DNA from: Nanobdellota archaeon
Lineage (GTDB): Archaea; Nanobdellota; Nanobdellia; Woesearchaeales; JAGLXL01
Assembly (NCBI GenBank): GCA_042577865.1
Contig: JBHPDN010000002.1
Location: 782-64,781, forward strand
Direction of reading: 5' to 3'
DNA length: 64,000 bases
The position numbers were made by a program, and so were the translations under genes. Shown here piece after piece: positions 7,846 through 16,793 of this stretch. The notes below the pieces were generated by a model. That model did no database searches. It was not told the DNA's origin and worked only from the letters and a program-made list of their open reading frames with translations. The number at the start of each line of letters is the position of its first letter. The stretch's first letter is position 1.

Positions 7846-8079
7846 ATGGCAAAAATCTCAGATCACCTTTTGGTTCCTCAGCACGTCAAGTTAAGTAAAG
7901 AAAAGAAAAAAGAACTATTTGAAAAATATCATATTTCTGAAAAAGAGCTGCCAAAAATAACAAAAGAAGACGCAGCCATTGCTCACTTGAGTGTTGAAGC
8001 TGGCGATATCATCAAGGTTGTGAGACCGAGCACTACTTGCGGCAAATCAGTTTATTACAGGGTGGTTATCAGTGGATAA
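7846..8079 (+). CDS. rpoH: DNA-directed RNA polymerase subunit H (Rpb5-like)
   Basis: 77 aa with HLLVPQHVKLSKEEKKELFEKY...GDIIKVVRPS...YYRVV. It occupies the position directly upstream of rpoB, as in archaeal RNAP operons. Confidence 0.85.
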   Translation: MAKISDHLLVPQHVKLSKEKKKELFEKYHISEKELPKITKEDAAIAHLSVEAGDIIKVVRPSTTCGKSVYYRVVISG

Positions 8080-9547
8080 ATCAGCTTTAGTCAAAAAATA
8101 TTTTGAGAGCCGGAAACTTTTAGAGAGTAGTATTGAAAGTTTTAACTGGTTTATTGAAAAGGGTATGCAGGAAGTAGCTGATGAAAACAAAGAAGCTGAG
8201 CCAACCATCATTCCCCATAACATTGAAAAATTTGTCATCAAATTCAGCAAGATTTGGGTCGGCAAACCAGAAATTACTGAGGCTGACGGAAGCAAGAGGC
8301 AAATATTTCCAATTGAATCTCGGTTAAGAAAAATTTCTTATTCTGCTCCTATTTTTATCGAAGTTTCTGCCCATGTCAATGATGTGCAGAGAGAAAGTTT
8401 TGTAGCACAAATCGGCAAGATGCCAATTATGCTGAAAAGTAAATTCTGCCATCTGCATGGTTTGAGCAGAGAAGATTTGATTAAACACGGCGAAGACCCT
8501 GATGATCCGGGAGGATATTTTATTATCAACGGGACTGAAAAGGTATTAATCAATGTAGAAGATTTGGCGCCAAACAATTTGACTGTAGAAAAGGATACCA
8601 CAGGAAATTTTATCGGCAAGGTTTTTTCTGAACGGGGTTCATTCAAAATTCCCCACACTATTGAAAAAAAGAAAGATGGTGTATTTTATCTGACATTTAC
8701 CAGAGTAAAACAAGTTCCAATCATTTTAGTCATCAAAGCCTTAGGTCTGCTGAAAGATGAGGAAATTATCAAAGCAGTCTCTGAAAAGGAACAGTACGAC
8801 GAAGTTTTGGTTAATCTTTATGAATTAGGAGATATCAAAAGCCAGGAAGACGCTCAAGACATGATTGCCAAGAAAATTGGTATTACCCAAGCCAAAGATA
8901 TCAGAGTTGAGAGGGCCAGGGAAATCCTGAACAAATATTTGCTGCCTAACTTAGGTATTGAAGAAGATGATTTAATTTACAAAGCACACAATTTATGCAA
9001 ATTACTGAAAGGTTATATTGACGTAAGCAACGGCAAAAAAGGTTTGGCTGACAAAGACCACTACATGAACAAAAGACTAAAACTAGCAGGAAACTTGCTG
9101 ATGGATCTCTTCAGAGTAAATTTCAAGGTTTTGGTCGGCGATTTATTATACAACTTCCAGAGAATCATCAAGAGAGGAAAATTCCCTTCAATCAAAGTAA
9201 TCATCCGGGAAAAATTACTGACTTCAAGAATCTATTCATCTATGGCTACCGGTAGTTGGGTAGGCGGAAGAAAAGGTATCAGCCAGAGGATGGACAGAAC
9301 AAATTTCATCGCTACGTTATCACACTTACAAAGAGTTGTTTCACCGCTAAGCGCTTCTCAGGAAAATTTTGAAGCCAGAGCCTTGCACAGCACTCATCTA
9401 GGAAGATTGTGCCCGATTGAAACACCAGAAGGAACCAACATTGGTTTGAGAAAGAACATGGCTTTATTATGCACTATCTCAGCAAAAGATGAAGAAAAGG
9501 ATATTTTGAACTTAGTTAAGAAAATAGGATTGGAGCCAATCAAATGA
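8072..9547 (+). CDS. rpoB2: DNA-directed RNA polymerase subunit B'' (N-terminal half of split subunit B)
   Basis: 491 aa with a GTG start overlapping the rpoH stop. Motifs include SFNWFIEKGMQEV, GGYFIINGTEKV and LCPIETPEGTNIGL. Confidence 0.9.
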   Translation: MDKSALVKKYFESRKLLESSIESFNWFIEKGMQEVADENKEAEPTIIPHNIEKFVIKFSKIWVGKPEITEADGSKRQIFPIESRLRKISYSAPIFIEVSAHVNDVQRESFVAQIGKMPIMLKSKFCHLHGLSREDLIKHGEDPDDPGGYFIINGTEKVLINVEDLAPNNLTVEKDTTGNFIGKVFSERGSFKIPHTIEKKKDGVFYLTFTRVKQVPIILVIKALGLLKDEEIIKAVSEKEQYDEVLVNLYELGDIKSQEDAQDMIAKKIGITQAKDIRVERAREILNKYLLPNLGIEEDDLIYKAHNLCKLLKGYIDVSNGKKGLADKDHYMNKRLKLAGNLLMDLFRVNFKVLVGDLLYNFQRIIKRGKFPSIKVIIREKLLTSRIYSSMATGSWVGGRKGISQRMDRTNFIATLSHLQRVVSPLSASQENFEARALHSTHLGRLCPIETPEGTNIGLRKNMALLCTISAKDEEKDILNLVKKIGLEPIK

Positions 9548-11346
9548 CAGAAGTTTACCTAAACAACAAATTTATTGGAAATGTTGAAAACGGAGAAATG
9601 TTTACTAAGCAGTTCATTGAAGAAAGAAGAAAAGGCAATGCCACTCCTAATGTCAATATTCGTTTTAACAAAGAAAATGATGAAATTTATATGGATGGTA
9701 CGGGCGGAAGAGCACGCCGGCCTTTGATTGTTGTTAAGGAAGGTCAGCCTTTGCTAACTGAAAAACATGTTAAACAGTTAGAAAAAGGAGAAATCATTTG
9801 GACAGATTTGATTGAACAGGGAGTAATTGAATATCTTGATGCTGGTGAAGAAGAAAATGCATTAGTGGCTACTGATGAAAGCCAGCTAAGTTTTGAACAT
9901 ACTCATCTAGAAGTTGTGCCTTTTGCTATAGCTGGTATGACTACTTCATTTGTACCTTATGGTAATTTTAACCAGTCAACCCGTCTGAATGCCGGTTCAA
10001 AAAACCAGAAACAGGCTTTGGGTTTTTATGTTGCTAATTTTTTGACCAGAATGGATATGGATGTTAATCTATTGCATTATCCACAAGTACCAATTGTCCA
10101 AACAGCGATGCACGACATTGCAGGTTATGACAAACATCCAGCCGGACAGAACATTGTCGTGGCAATTATGAGTTTTGAAGGTTATAATATTGATGACGCT
10201 GTTATTTTAAACAAAGGTTCTATTGAAAGAGGATTTGCCAGAAGTTCTTATTACAGGCCAAGTGTGGCTGAAGAATTAAGATACAGCGGCGGTTTAATTG
10301 ATACTGTTTGCGTACCTGACAAGGATGTCAAAGGTTATAAAAGTGAACATGATTACAGATTATTAGAAGGTGATGGTATTGTTTACCCAGAAGCCAAAGT
10401 TACCGAGGGAGATGTGGTTATTGGAAAAACTTCACCACCTAGATTCTTAAGCTCACTGGATGAATACAACCTGGCAGCAGCAACTCGACGTGAAAGTTCT
10501 GTTTCTTTAAGACACGGCGAAAAGGGTGTTGTTGATTTTGTTTTAATTACTGAAAATGAAGAGGGCAATAAACTGGTTCAGGTAAAAATTAGAGACCAAA
10601 GAATTCCTGAAATCGGCGATAAATTTACTTCAAGGCATGGTCAGAAAGGAGTAGTGGGTTTGATTGTTCCTCATGCAGATATGCCATTTTCCTCTTCAGG
10701 GATTACCCCAGACTTAATCTTTTCACCACATGGTATTCCCTCACGTATGACTGTCAGTCATTTGATCGAGCTGGTAGGCGGCAAAGTAGGCGCTTTAGCC
10801 GGCCGGCATATTAACGGAACTTTGTTTGAAGGAGAACCTGAAGAAAGATTAAGACGTGAATTGTTAAATTTAGGGTTCAGAGAGGACGGAACTGAAACTT
10901 TTTATAACGGACAAACTGGCAATAAGATGCAGGCCAGGATTTTTGTCGGCAATATGTATTATTTGAAATTAAAACACATGGTAGCTAACAAGATTCATTC
11001 ACGGGCCAGAGGTCCAATCCAGTTACTGACCAGACAACCAACTGAAGGTAGAGCTAAAGAGGGTGGTCTGAGATTAGGAGAGATGGAAAAAGATACTTTT
11101 GTAGCCCATGGAGCTTCATTATTGCTAAAAGAAAGGTTTGATTCAGACAGAACTATTGTACCGCTTTGTGAGAAATGCGGATTAATTGCAGTCAAAGATG
11201 AGTTCAAAAACAGGAGTTATTGTTTGCTTTGTGGAGAGGACTCTGAAATCAATGAAATAGAAATATCTTATGCTTTCAAATTATTAATGGATGAATTCAA
11301 AAGTTTAGGGATTTATCCTCAATTAAAACTAAAGAGCAAATACTAA
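9544..11346 (+). CDS. rpoB1: DNA-directed RNA polymerase subunit B' (C-terminal half of split subunit B)
   Basis: 600 aa with an ATGA overlap with rpoB2. Motifs include GDKFTSRHGQKGV, MPFSSSGITPDLIFSPHGIPSRMT and GGLRLGEMEKD, plus a C-terminal Cys4 zinc motif. Confidence 0.92.
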   Translation: MTEVYLNNKFIGNVENGEMFTKQFIEERRKGNATPNVNIRFNKENDEIYMDGTGGRARRPLIVVKEGQPLLTEKHVKQLEKGEIIWTDLIEQGVIEYLDAGEEENALVATDESQLSFEHTHLEVVPFAIAGMTTSFVPYGNFNQSTRLNAGSKNQKQALGFYVANFLTRMDMDVNLLHYPQVPIVQTAMHDIAGYDKHPAGQNIVVAIMSFEGYNIDDAVILNKGSIERGFARSSYYRPSVAEELRYSGGLIDTVCVPDKDVKGYKSEHDYRLLEGDGIVYPEAKVTEGDVVIGKTSPPRFLSSLDEYNLAAATRRESSVSLRHGEKGVVDFVLITENEEGNKLVQVKIRDQRIPEIGDKFTSRHGQKGVVGLIVPHADMPFSSSGITPDLIFSPHGIPSRMTVSHLIELVGGKVGALAGRHINGTLFEGEPEERLRRELLNLGFREDGTETFYNGQTGNKMQARIFVGNMYYLKLKHMVANKIHSRARGPIQLLTRQPTEGRAKEGGLRLGEMEKDTFVAHGASLLLKERFDSDRTIVPLCEKCGLIAVKDEFKNRSYCLLCGEDSEINEIEISYAFKLLMDEFKSLGIYPQLKLKSKY

Positions 11347-11347
11347 A

Positions 11348-13912
11348 ATGGAAGGATCATACGTATACAAAAAAGTTGACAAGGTTGTTTTTGGAGTTTT
11401 AGGTCCAAAACACATCCATAAGATGGCAGCAGTTAAGATTGTAACGCCTGAATTGTACGATAAAGAAGGTTATCCAGTTGATGGTGGTTTGATGGATGTT
11501 CGTCTGGGTGTTATTGACCCAGGATTAAGATGTAAGACCTGCGGCGGAAAGCTTAAAGAATGTGCCGGCCACTTTGGTTATATTGAATTAGCCAGACCGA
11601 TTGCTCATTTCAAGTTTATCAGAATTGTTCTTGATTTGCTGCGTTCTTCATGCAAGCATTGCGGCAGAATCCTGATTCCTGAAAAGAATATCAGCCGTTA
11701 CAGAAAGACTTTAGATGCAGTGGGTGAAGAATCTGGTTTGTTGGGACGGCGTAATAAAATCAAAGAAATCATCAAGAAATTAAAGACAAGAACCAAGTGT
11801 CCTCACTGTAATAAAAAACAGAACAAGATAATCTTAGAAAAACCAACTACTTTTTATGAAGAAGAATTAAAATTGAGTCCAATTGAAGTCAGAGCCCGTT
11901 TAGAAAAGATTCCTGACGATGATTTATTCCTGTTTGGAATCAACCCTAAATTTGCCAGACCAGAATGGATGATCCTAACAGTACTGCCGATTCCACCAGT
12001 AACTATCAGACCTTCTATCACTCTAGAAAGCGGAGAAAGGTCAGAAGATGATTTAACACACAAATTAGGAGATGTTGTTCGTATCAATCAAAGATTATTT
12101 GAAAATATTAATGCTGGTGCCCCTGAGATTATTATTGAAGATTTATGGGACTTACTGCAATATCATGTCACAACTTATTTTGACAATGAAGTAACACAAA
12201 TTCCACCGGCCAGACACAGAGGCGGACAGCCGTTAAAGACAATTACAGCGAGGATTAAAAGTAAAGAAGGGCGAATCAGGCACAACCTGGCTGGTAAGAG
12301 AACTAATTTTTCAGCAAGAACAGTTATTTCACCAGACCCAATGCTAAGTCTTAATGAAGTAGGTGTACCATTTGAGATTGCTATTAAATTAACAGTTCCA
12401 GAAAGGGCAACTGAATGGAATATTGAATATTTGAAAAAGTTTATTGAAAAAGGTCCGGGAATTTATCCTGGAGCAAATTATGTTATCAGGCCAGACGGCA
12501 GAAGAAAAAAGATTACTGATGAAACCAAGGAAGAAATTTTAGAGGAACTAGGTCCTGGTTATCAGGTAGAAAGACATTTGATGGATGGAGATGTGGCTAT
12601 TTTTAACAGGCAGCCATCCTTGCACAGAATGAGTATGATGTGCCACAGAATCAGAGTTCTGCCAGGCAGAACACTGCGTATGAACCCTGCTGTCTGTAAC
12701 CCATACAATGCTGACTTTGATGGGGACGAAATGAATCTGCATATTCCTCAAACAGAAGAAGCAAGATCAGAGGCTGAAAATTTAATGTTAGTTCAGTCAC
12801 AGCTGATTTCACCAAGATATGGTCTAAGTGTTATGGGTTGTAAACAAGACGCAATTACTGGTAATTATATATTGACTAAAGATTTGGAAATGGATTATGA
12901 AGGGGCAGTTGACCTGCTGCATTCAATTGGAGTGAGAGACTTTAGTAATCTGGCCAAGAGGAAGACTCTTTCAGGCAAGATGGTCTTTTCAGCTCTCCTA
13001 CCTGACGATTTTTATTATCTGGGCAAAAGCAAAAATGGCGACAAAGTTTTTATCCAAGACGGCCAATTAATTGAAGGTGTAATTGATTCTAAGGCCTTAG
13101 GTGAAGAAGCTGGTTTGTTATTAAGAAGTCTTCACGAAAAATATGGCGAAGACACAGCAGTGGAACTGTTTGACAAATTTTTCAAATTAGGCATCAAAGT
13201 ACTGCTAAAAAATGGTTTTTCAATGGGTATTTGGGACACTGACTTGCCTCAGGAAGCCCAGGAAAAAATAAAAGAAATTATTGAAGATTCAAGCAAAAGA
13301 GTCGATGAGTTGATTGCTGGTTATGACAGAGGAGAACTGGAAGCTTTTCCAGGAAGGAGTCTGTCTGAAACATTAGAATTAAAGATTTTGGAAGTCTTGA
13401 ACCGTTCAAGAAATGCCTGTGGAGATGTTGTTTTAGAATTCAGCAGAGACAATGCTTCACTGACCATGGCTAAAAGCGGGGCGAGAGGTAATGTCCTTTA
13501 CTTTACACAGATGTCTGCCATTGTTGGCCAGCAGGCTTTGAGAGGAAAGAGAATTGAGCGCGGTTACGAAGGCCGAACTTTATCATACTTTAAACAAGGG
13601 GATTTGAGCCCATCTGCCAGAGGTTTTGTTAAAAACAGTTTCAAGTCTGGTTTAACACCTCATGAATTTTTCTTTGGAGCAATGACTGGGAGAGATTCGC
13701 TGATGGATACTGCTTTGCGTACCCCTAAATCGGGTTATCTTTACAGAAGATTATCAAATGCCATGCAAGATTTAAAGGTGGCTTATGACAAGACTGTCAG
13801 GGATGTCAGCAATAAAATCGTCCAATTCAAATATGGGGAGGATGGAGTTGATGTTTCCAAATCAGAAGGCGGAATAATTGATGTTAAACGAATCATCCAA
13901 GAGGTCAAATAG
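11348..13912 (+). CDS. rpoA1: DNA-directed RNA polymerase subunit A'
   Basis: 854 aa. Carries an N-terminal Zn motif (CKTCGG...CAGHFGY) and the catalytic NADFDGDEMNLH motif. Confidence 0.92.
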   Translation: MEGSYVYKKVDKVVFGVLGPKHIHKMAAVKIVTPELYDKEGYPVDGGLMDVRLGVIDPGLRCKTCGGKLKECAGHFGYIELARPIAHFKFIRIVLDLLRSSCKHCGRILIPEKNISRYRKTLDAVGEESGLLGRRNKIKEIIKKLKTRTKCPHCNKKQNKIILEKPTTFYEEELKLSPIEVRARLEKIPDDDLFLFGINPKFARPEWMILTVLPIPPVTIRPSITLESGERSEDDLTHKLGDVVRINQRLFENINAGAPEIIIEDLWDLLQYHVTTYFDNEVTQIPPARHRGGQPLKTITARIKSKEGRIRHNLAGKRTNFSARTVISPDPMLSLNEVGVPFEIAIKLTVPERATEWNIEYLKKFIEKGPGIYPGANYVIRPDGRRKKITDETKEEILEELGPGYQVERHLMDGDVAIFNRQPSLHRMSMMCHRIRVLPGRTLRMNPAVCNPYNADFDGDEMNLHIPQTEEARSEAENLMLVQSQLISPRYGLSVMGCKQDAITGNYILTKDLEMDYEGAVDLLHSIGVRDFSNLAKRKTLSGKMVFSALLPDDFYYLGKSKNGDKVFIQDGQLIEGVIDSKALGEEAGLLLRSLHEKYGEDTAVELFDKFFKLGIKVLLKNGFSMGIWDTDLPQEAQEKIKEIIEDSSKRVDELIAGYDRGELEAFPGRSLSETLELKILEVLNRSRNACGDVVLEFSRDNASLTMAKSGARGNVLYFTQMSAIVGQQALRGKRIERGYEGRTLSYFKQGDLSPSARGFVKNSFKSGLTPHEFFFGAMTGRDSLMDTALRTPKSGYLYRRLSNAMQDLKVAYDKTVRDVSNKIVQFKYGEDGVDVSKSEGGIIDVKRIIQEVK

Positions 13913-13957
13913 TTGGAGAGCAAAGCTCTCTAACTCTTAAAAATACGGAGGATTTTA

Positions 13958-15106
13958 ATGAAAATGGATAGAACTTGCAGTGCTTTGCTAAAAAAATTCC
14001 AGGGAAAGGTTCCTCCTAAAATCTACGAGGAACTAGAAGAGAATCTTCCCGATAAAATAAGCAAGGCTAGGTTACTGAAAATACTTAAAACAACCCATAA
14101 AAGGTTCAAGGATGCTCAAGTTCATGCCGGAGAGGCTGTAGGATTGGTTGGAGCCCAAAGTATTGGTGAGCCAGGCACACAGATGACCCTAAACACATTC
14201 CATTTAGCAGGAGTAGCAGAAATGAACGTTACAGTCGGTCTGCCAAGAATCATTGAAATTTTTGACGCCAGGAAATTAATCAAAACTCCGATGATGGAAG
14301 TTTATTTCAGACCACCATACAATACTTTTGAAAAAATAAAGAAAATGGCAGCTTTGATGAAGGAAACTAAAATAGGAGATATTGTTTCTGAATATGGTAT
14401 TAATTTGTTAGAGCAAAAACTGACAATCAAGATGAACATGAGAAAAATGAGTGAAATTGAAGAGACAACCACTAATCTCAACAAATTAATCAAAAGTAAA
14501 GTAAAGAATATTGTTATTAAAACAGGAGATGATTTTATTGAAATAGTCAGCAAAGGCAAATCTGATGACATCAACAAGATTTACAAGGTTAGAGAAAAAA
14601 TTAAGGGTTTAAAAATAAAAGGAATTAAAGCGGTTTCCCAAGTTCTGCCAGTTAAGCGTGGTGAAGAATATATTGTCTTAACAGCTGGTTCAAACTTAAA
14701 GACAGTCCTGAAAATGAGAGAAGTTGACAGCACCAGAACAACTTCAAATGATATTTTTGAAATATATTCAACATTAGGTATTGAAGCAGCCAGAGCAGCC
14801 ATTATTAATGAAGTTTTGAAAGTTGTTGAGGCTCAAGGTTTGAATATTGACAGAAGACACATCATGTTGGTAGCAGACACTATGTGTCTGAACGGTGAAG
14901 TGAAAGGAATTACCAGATATGGGGTAGTCAAAGAAAAAACCTCTGTCTTGGCCAGAGCTTCCTTTGAAACACCAATTGTTCATGTGATCAACGCTGCCTT
15001 AGTGGGAGAAGTTGATGAATTAAATTCAGTCGTAGAAAACGTTATGATTAATCAACCAGTCCCTTTAGGAACTGGATTACCAGGTTTAATTACCAAGGTG
15101 AAATAA
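13958..15106 (+). CDS. rpoA2: DNA-directed RNA polymerase subunit A''
   Basis: 382 aa with [28 protein letters not shown] (trigger loop/bridge region). It follows rpoA1. Confidence 0.9.
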   Translation: MKMDRTCSALLKKFQGKVPPKIYEELEENLPDKISKARLLKILKTTHKRFKDAQVHAGEAVGLVGAQSIGEPGTQMTLNTFHLAGVAEMNVTVGLPRIIEIFDARKLIKTPMMEVYFRPPYNTFEKIKKMAALMKETKIGDIVSEYGINLLEQKLTIKMNMRKMSEIEETTTNLNKLIKSKVKNIVIKTGDDFIEIVSKGKSDDINKIYKVREKIKGLKIKGIKAVSQVLPVKRGEEYIVLTAGSNLKTVLKMREVDSTRTTSNDIFEIYSTLGIEAARAAIINEVLKVVEAQGLNIDRRHIMLVADTMCLNGEVKGITRYGVVKEKTSVLARASFETPIVHVINAALVGEVDELNSVVENVMINQPVPLGTGLPGLITKVK

Positions 15107-15376
15107 ATGGCTAAAGTTGATGAAGAGAAACTGCTTAAAGAAGCTGTTAAGGAAAAGAAACTCGTAATAGGAACTGAACAGGTAATGAAGCTATTGAAAA
15201 AAGGGAAATTAAAAAAAGTTTACTTATCAAGCAACTGTCCAGAGGAAGTTGTTTCAGAAGTTGAACATTACAGCAAACTGACAGGTGTGACAGTGGTTAG
15301 GTTAGAAAGGCCGAACAAGGACCTGGGTACTTTTTGTAAAAAACCTTTTTCTGTTAGTGTTTTGGGACTACCATGA
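15107..15376 (+). CDS. rpl30e: 50S ribosomal protein L30e
   Basis: 89 aa in the conserved position between rpoA2 and nusA. Contains KLVIGTEQVMKLLKKGKLKKVYLSSNCP. Confidence 0.8.
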   Translation: MAKVDEEKLLKEAVKEKKLVIGTEQVMKLLKKGKLKKVYLSSNCPEEVVSEVEHYSKLTGVTVVRLERPNKDLGTFCKKPFSVSVLGLP

Positions 15377-15786
15377 AGATCAAATACACAAAAGAACTTC
15401 TAGCCTTGATGAGTATTTTTTCTGCAGTAACTGGATCTAGACTGAAAGACTGTTTTGAAATTGAAGATTTGATTTATTTTGTGGTCGAGGAAGGCCAAAT
15501 TGGCAAGGCAGTAGGAAAAGGGGCAATTAATGTTAAAAAATTGCAAGAAAAATTTAATAAAAAAGTTAAAATAGTTGAGTTTAGCCATGATTTAGTTAAA
15601 TTTATCAAGAACTTGATTTTTCCTTTCAAAGTTGACAATATTGCTGAGGAGGAAAATGTGGTTGTATTGAGAAGCGAAGACAGGCAAACAAAAGGCCTTT
15701 TAATCGGCAGAAATGCGAAAAATTTAAAAGTAATGACAAATGTGGTCAAAAGATACTTCAATATTAACGAAATAAAGGTTGAATAA
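15373..15786 (+). CDS. nusA: archaeal NusA-like transcription termination/antitermination factor (KH domains)
   Basis: 137 aa in the conserved L30e-NusA-S12 synteny. KH-like GKAVGKGAINVKKLQE and GLLIGRNAKNLK motifs are present. Confidence 0.8.
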   Translation: MKIKYTKELLALMSIFSAVTGSRLKDCFEIEDLIYFVVEEGQIGKAVGKGAINVKKLQEKFNKKVKIVEFSHDLVKFIKNLIFPFKVDNIAEEENVVVLRSEDRQTKGLLIGRNAKNLKVMTNVVKRYFNINEIKVE

Positions 15787-16206
15787 ATGGGAAGCAAATC
15801 AAGAGGATTAAAAGCCGGGAAGAAATTAAAGACACGAAGAAAGCAATTCAAACAAGCGAGAGCTTTTATCCTAAAAAAGAAGTCTGATCCTTTGGGTGGG
15901 GCTTCACAAGCTAAAGGTATTGTTTTAGAAAAGATTCAATTAGAAGCTAAACAGCCTAACTCAGCGATGCGTAAGTGTGTCCGAGTTCAGCTGATTAAAA
16001 ACGGAAAACAAATTTCTGCATTCTGCCCTGGAGACGGCGCTACGAAACAAATTGAAGAACACGATGAAGTGATTGTGGAATGTATTGGCGGAGCTAAGGG
16101 AAAATCAAAAGGAGATATTCCAGGAGTTAGATGGCAAGTTACTAAAGTTAATGATCAGTCACTTAATGCTTTATTAAGAGGCAAATTGGAGAAAGCTAGA
16201 AGATGA
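15787..16206 (+). CDS. rps12: 30S ribosomal protein S12 (uS12)
   Basis: 139 aa with [30 protein letters not shown]. Confidence 0.9.
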   Translation: MGSKSRGLKAGKKLKTRRKQFKQARAFILKKKSDPLGGASQAKGIVLEKIQLEAKQPNSAMRKCVRVQLIKNGKQISAFCPGDGATKQIEEHDEVIVECIGGAKGKSKGDIPGVRWQVTKVNDQSLNALLRGKLEKARR

Positions 16207-16793
16207 AGGCATTCAATCGTTGGGAAACTGAAGGGATTAAGATTGTGGATCCTGGTTTGATCAATTATATTTCTTTAAAGGGCAAAATTGTCCCTAAAAC
16301 AGGGGCCAAGTATGCTGGTTTTAGATTCCATAAATCAAAAGTTTTTATTGTTGAAAGATTAATCAATAAAGTTACGGTTTGCGGCCACAAAGGTAAGAAG
16401 CACCAGAAAAGTTCTGGCCATATGACTGGCAAAAAAGATAAGGCTTATCAAGCTGTTTACAAGGCCTTTGACCTGATTGAAAAGAAACTGGGCAAGAATC
16501 CAGTTGAAGTTTTTGCTAAAGCAGTTGAGACAGCTGCTCCTCGTGAAGAAATTGTCACCATTGAATACGGTGGAGCCCGTTATCCAAAAGCAGTTGAAGT
16601 TGCACCTCAAAGAAGAGTTGATGTTGTTTTACGAGTCATGACTCAAGGGGCTTATGCTGCTTCCTTTAAGAAAAAAACATCTTTGGCTACTGCTTTAGCC
16701 AATGAAATCATTGCGGCTTATCAGGTTTCTGCTAAATCTTCAGCAATTTCCAAGAAAAGAGATTTGGAAAGACAAGCTGCTTCTTCTAAGTAA
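16203..16793 (+). CDS. rps7: 30S ribosomal protein S7 (uS7)
   Basis: 196 aa with an ATGA overlap with rps12. Contains ...[33 protein letters not shown]. Confidence 0.88.
   Translation: MKAFNRWETEGIKIVDPGLINYISLKGKIVPKTGAKYAGFRFHKSKVFIVERLINKVTVCGHKGKKHQKSSGHMTGKKDKAYQAVYKAFDLIEKKLGKNPVEVFAKAVETAAPREEIVTIEYGGARYPKAVEVAPQRRVDVVLRVMTQGAYAASFKKKTSLATALANEIIAAYQVSAKSSAISKKRDLERQAASSK

Noticed and set aside
7505-7852. 115-aa minus-strand ORF in the supplied track
   Set aside because: It lies antisense across two well-folding tRNA genes (Asp and Lys) and their promoter region. Its composition is non-protein-like. I treat it as a shadow ORF.
5900-7900. Integrated mobile element at the tRNA-Tyr / tRNA-Asp-Lys loci (and at the 60048-60576 tRNA cluster)
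   Set aside because: I found no integrase, transposase or long direct repeat of a tRNA 3' end, and no evident compositional shift. Only the short 5'-end duplications reported as findings are present.
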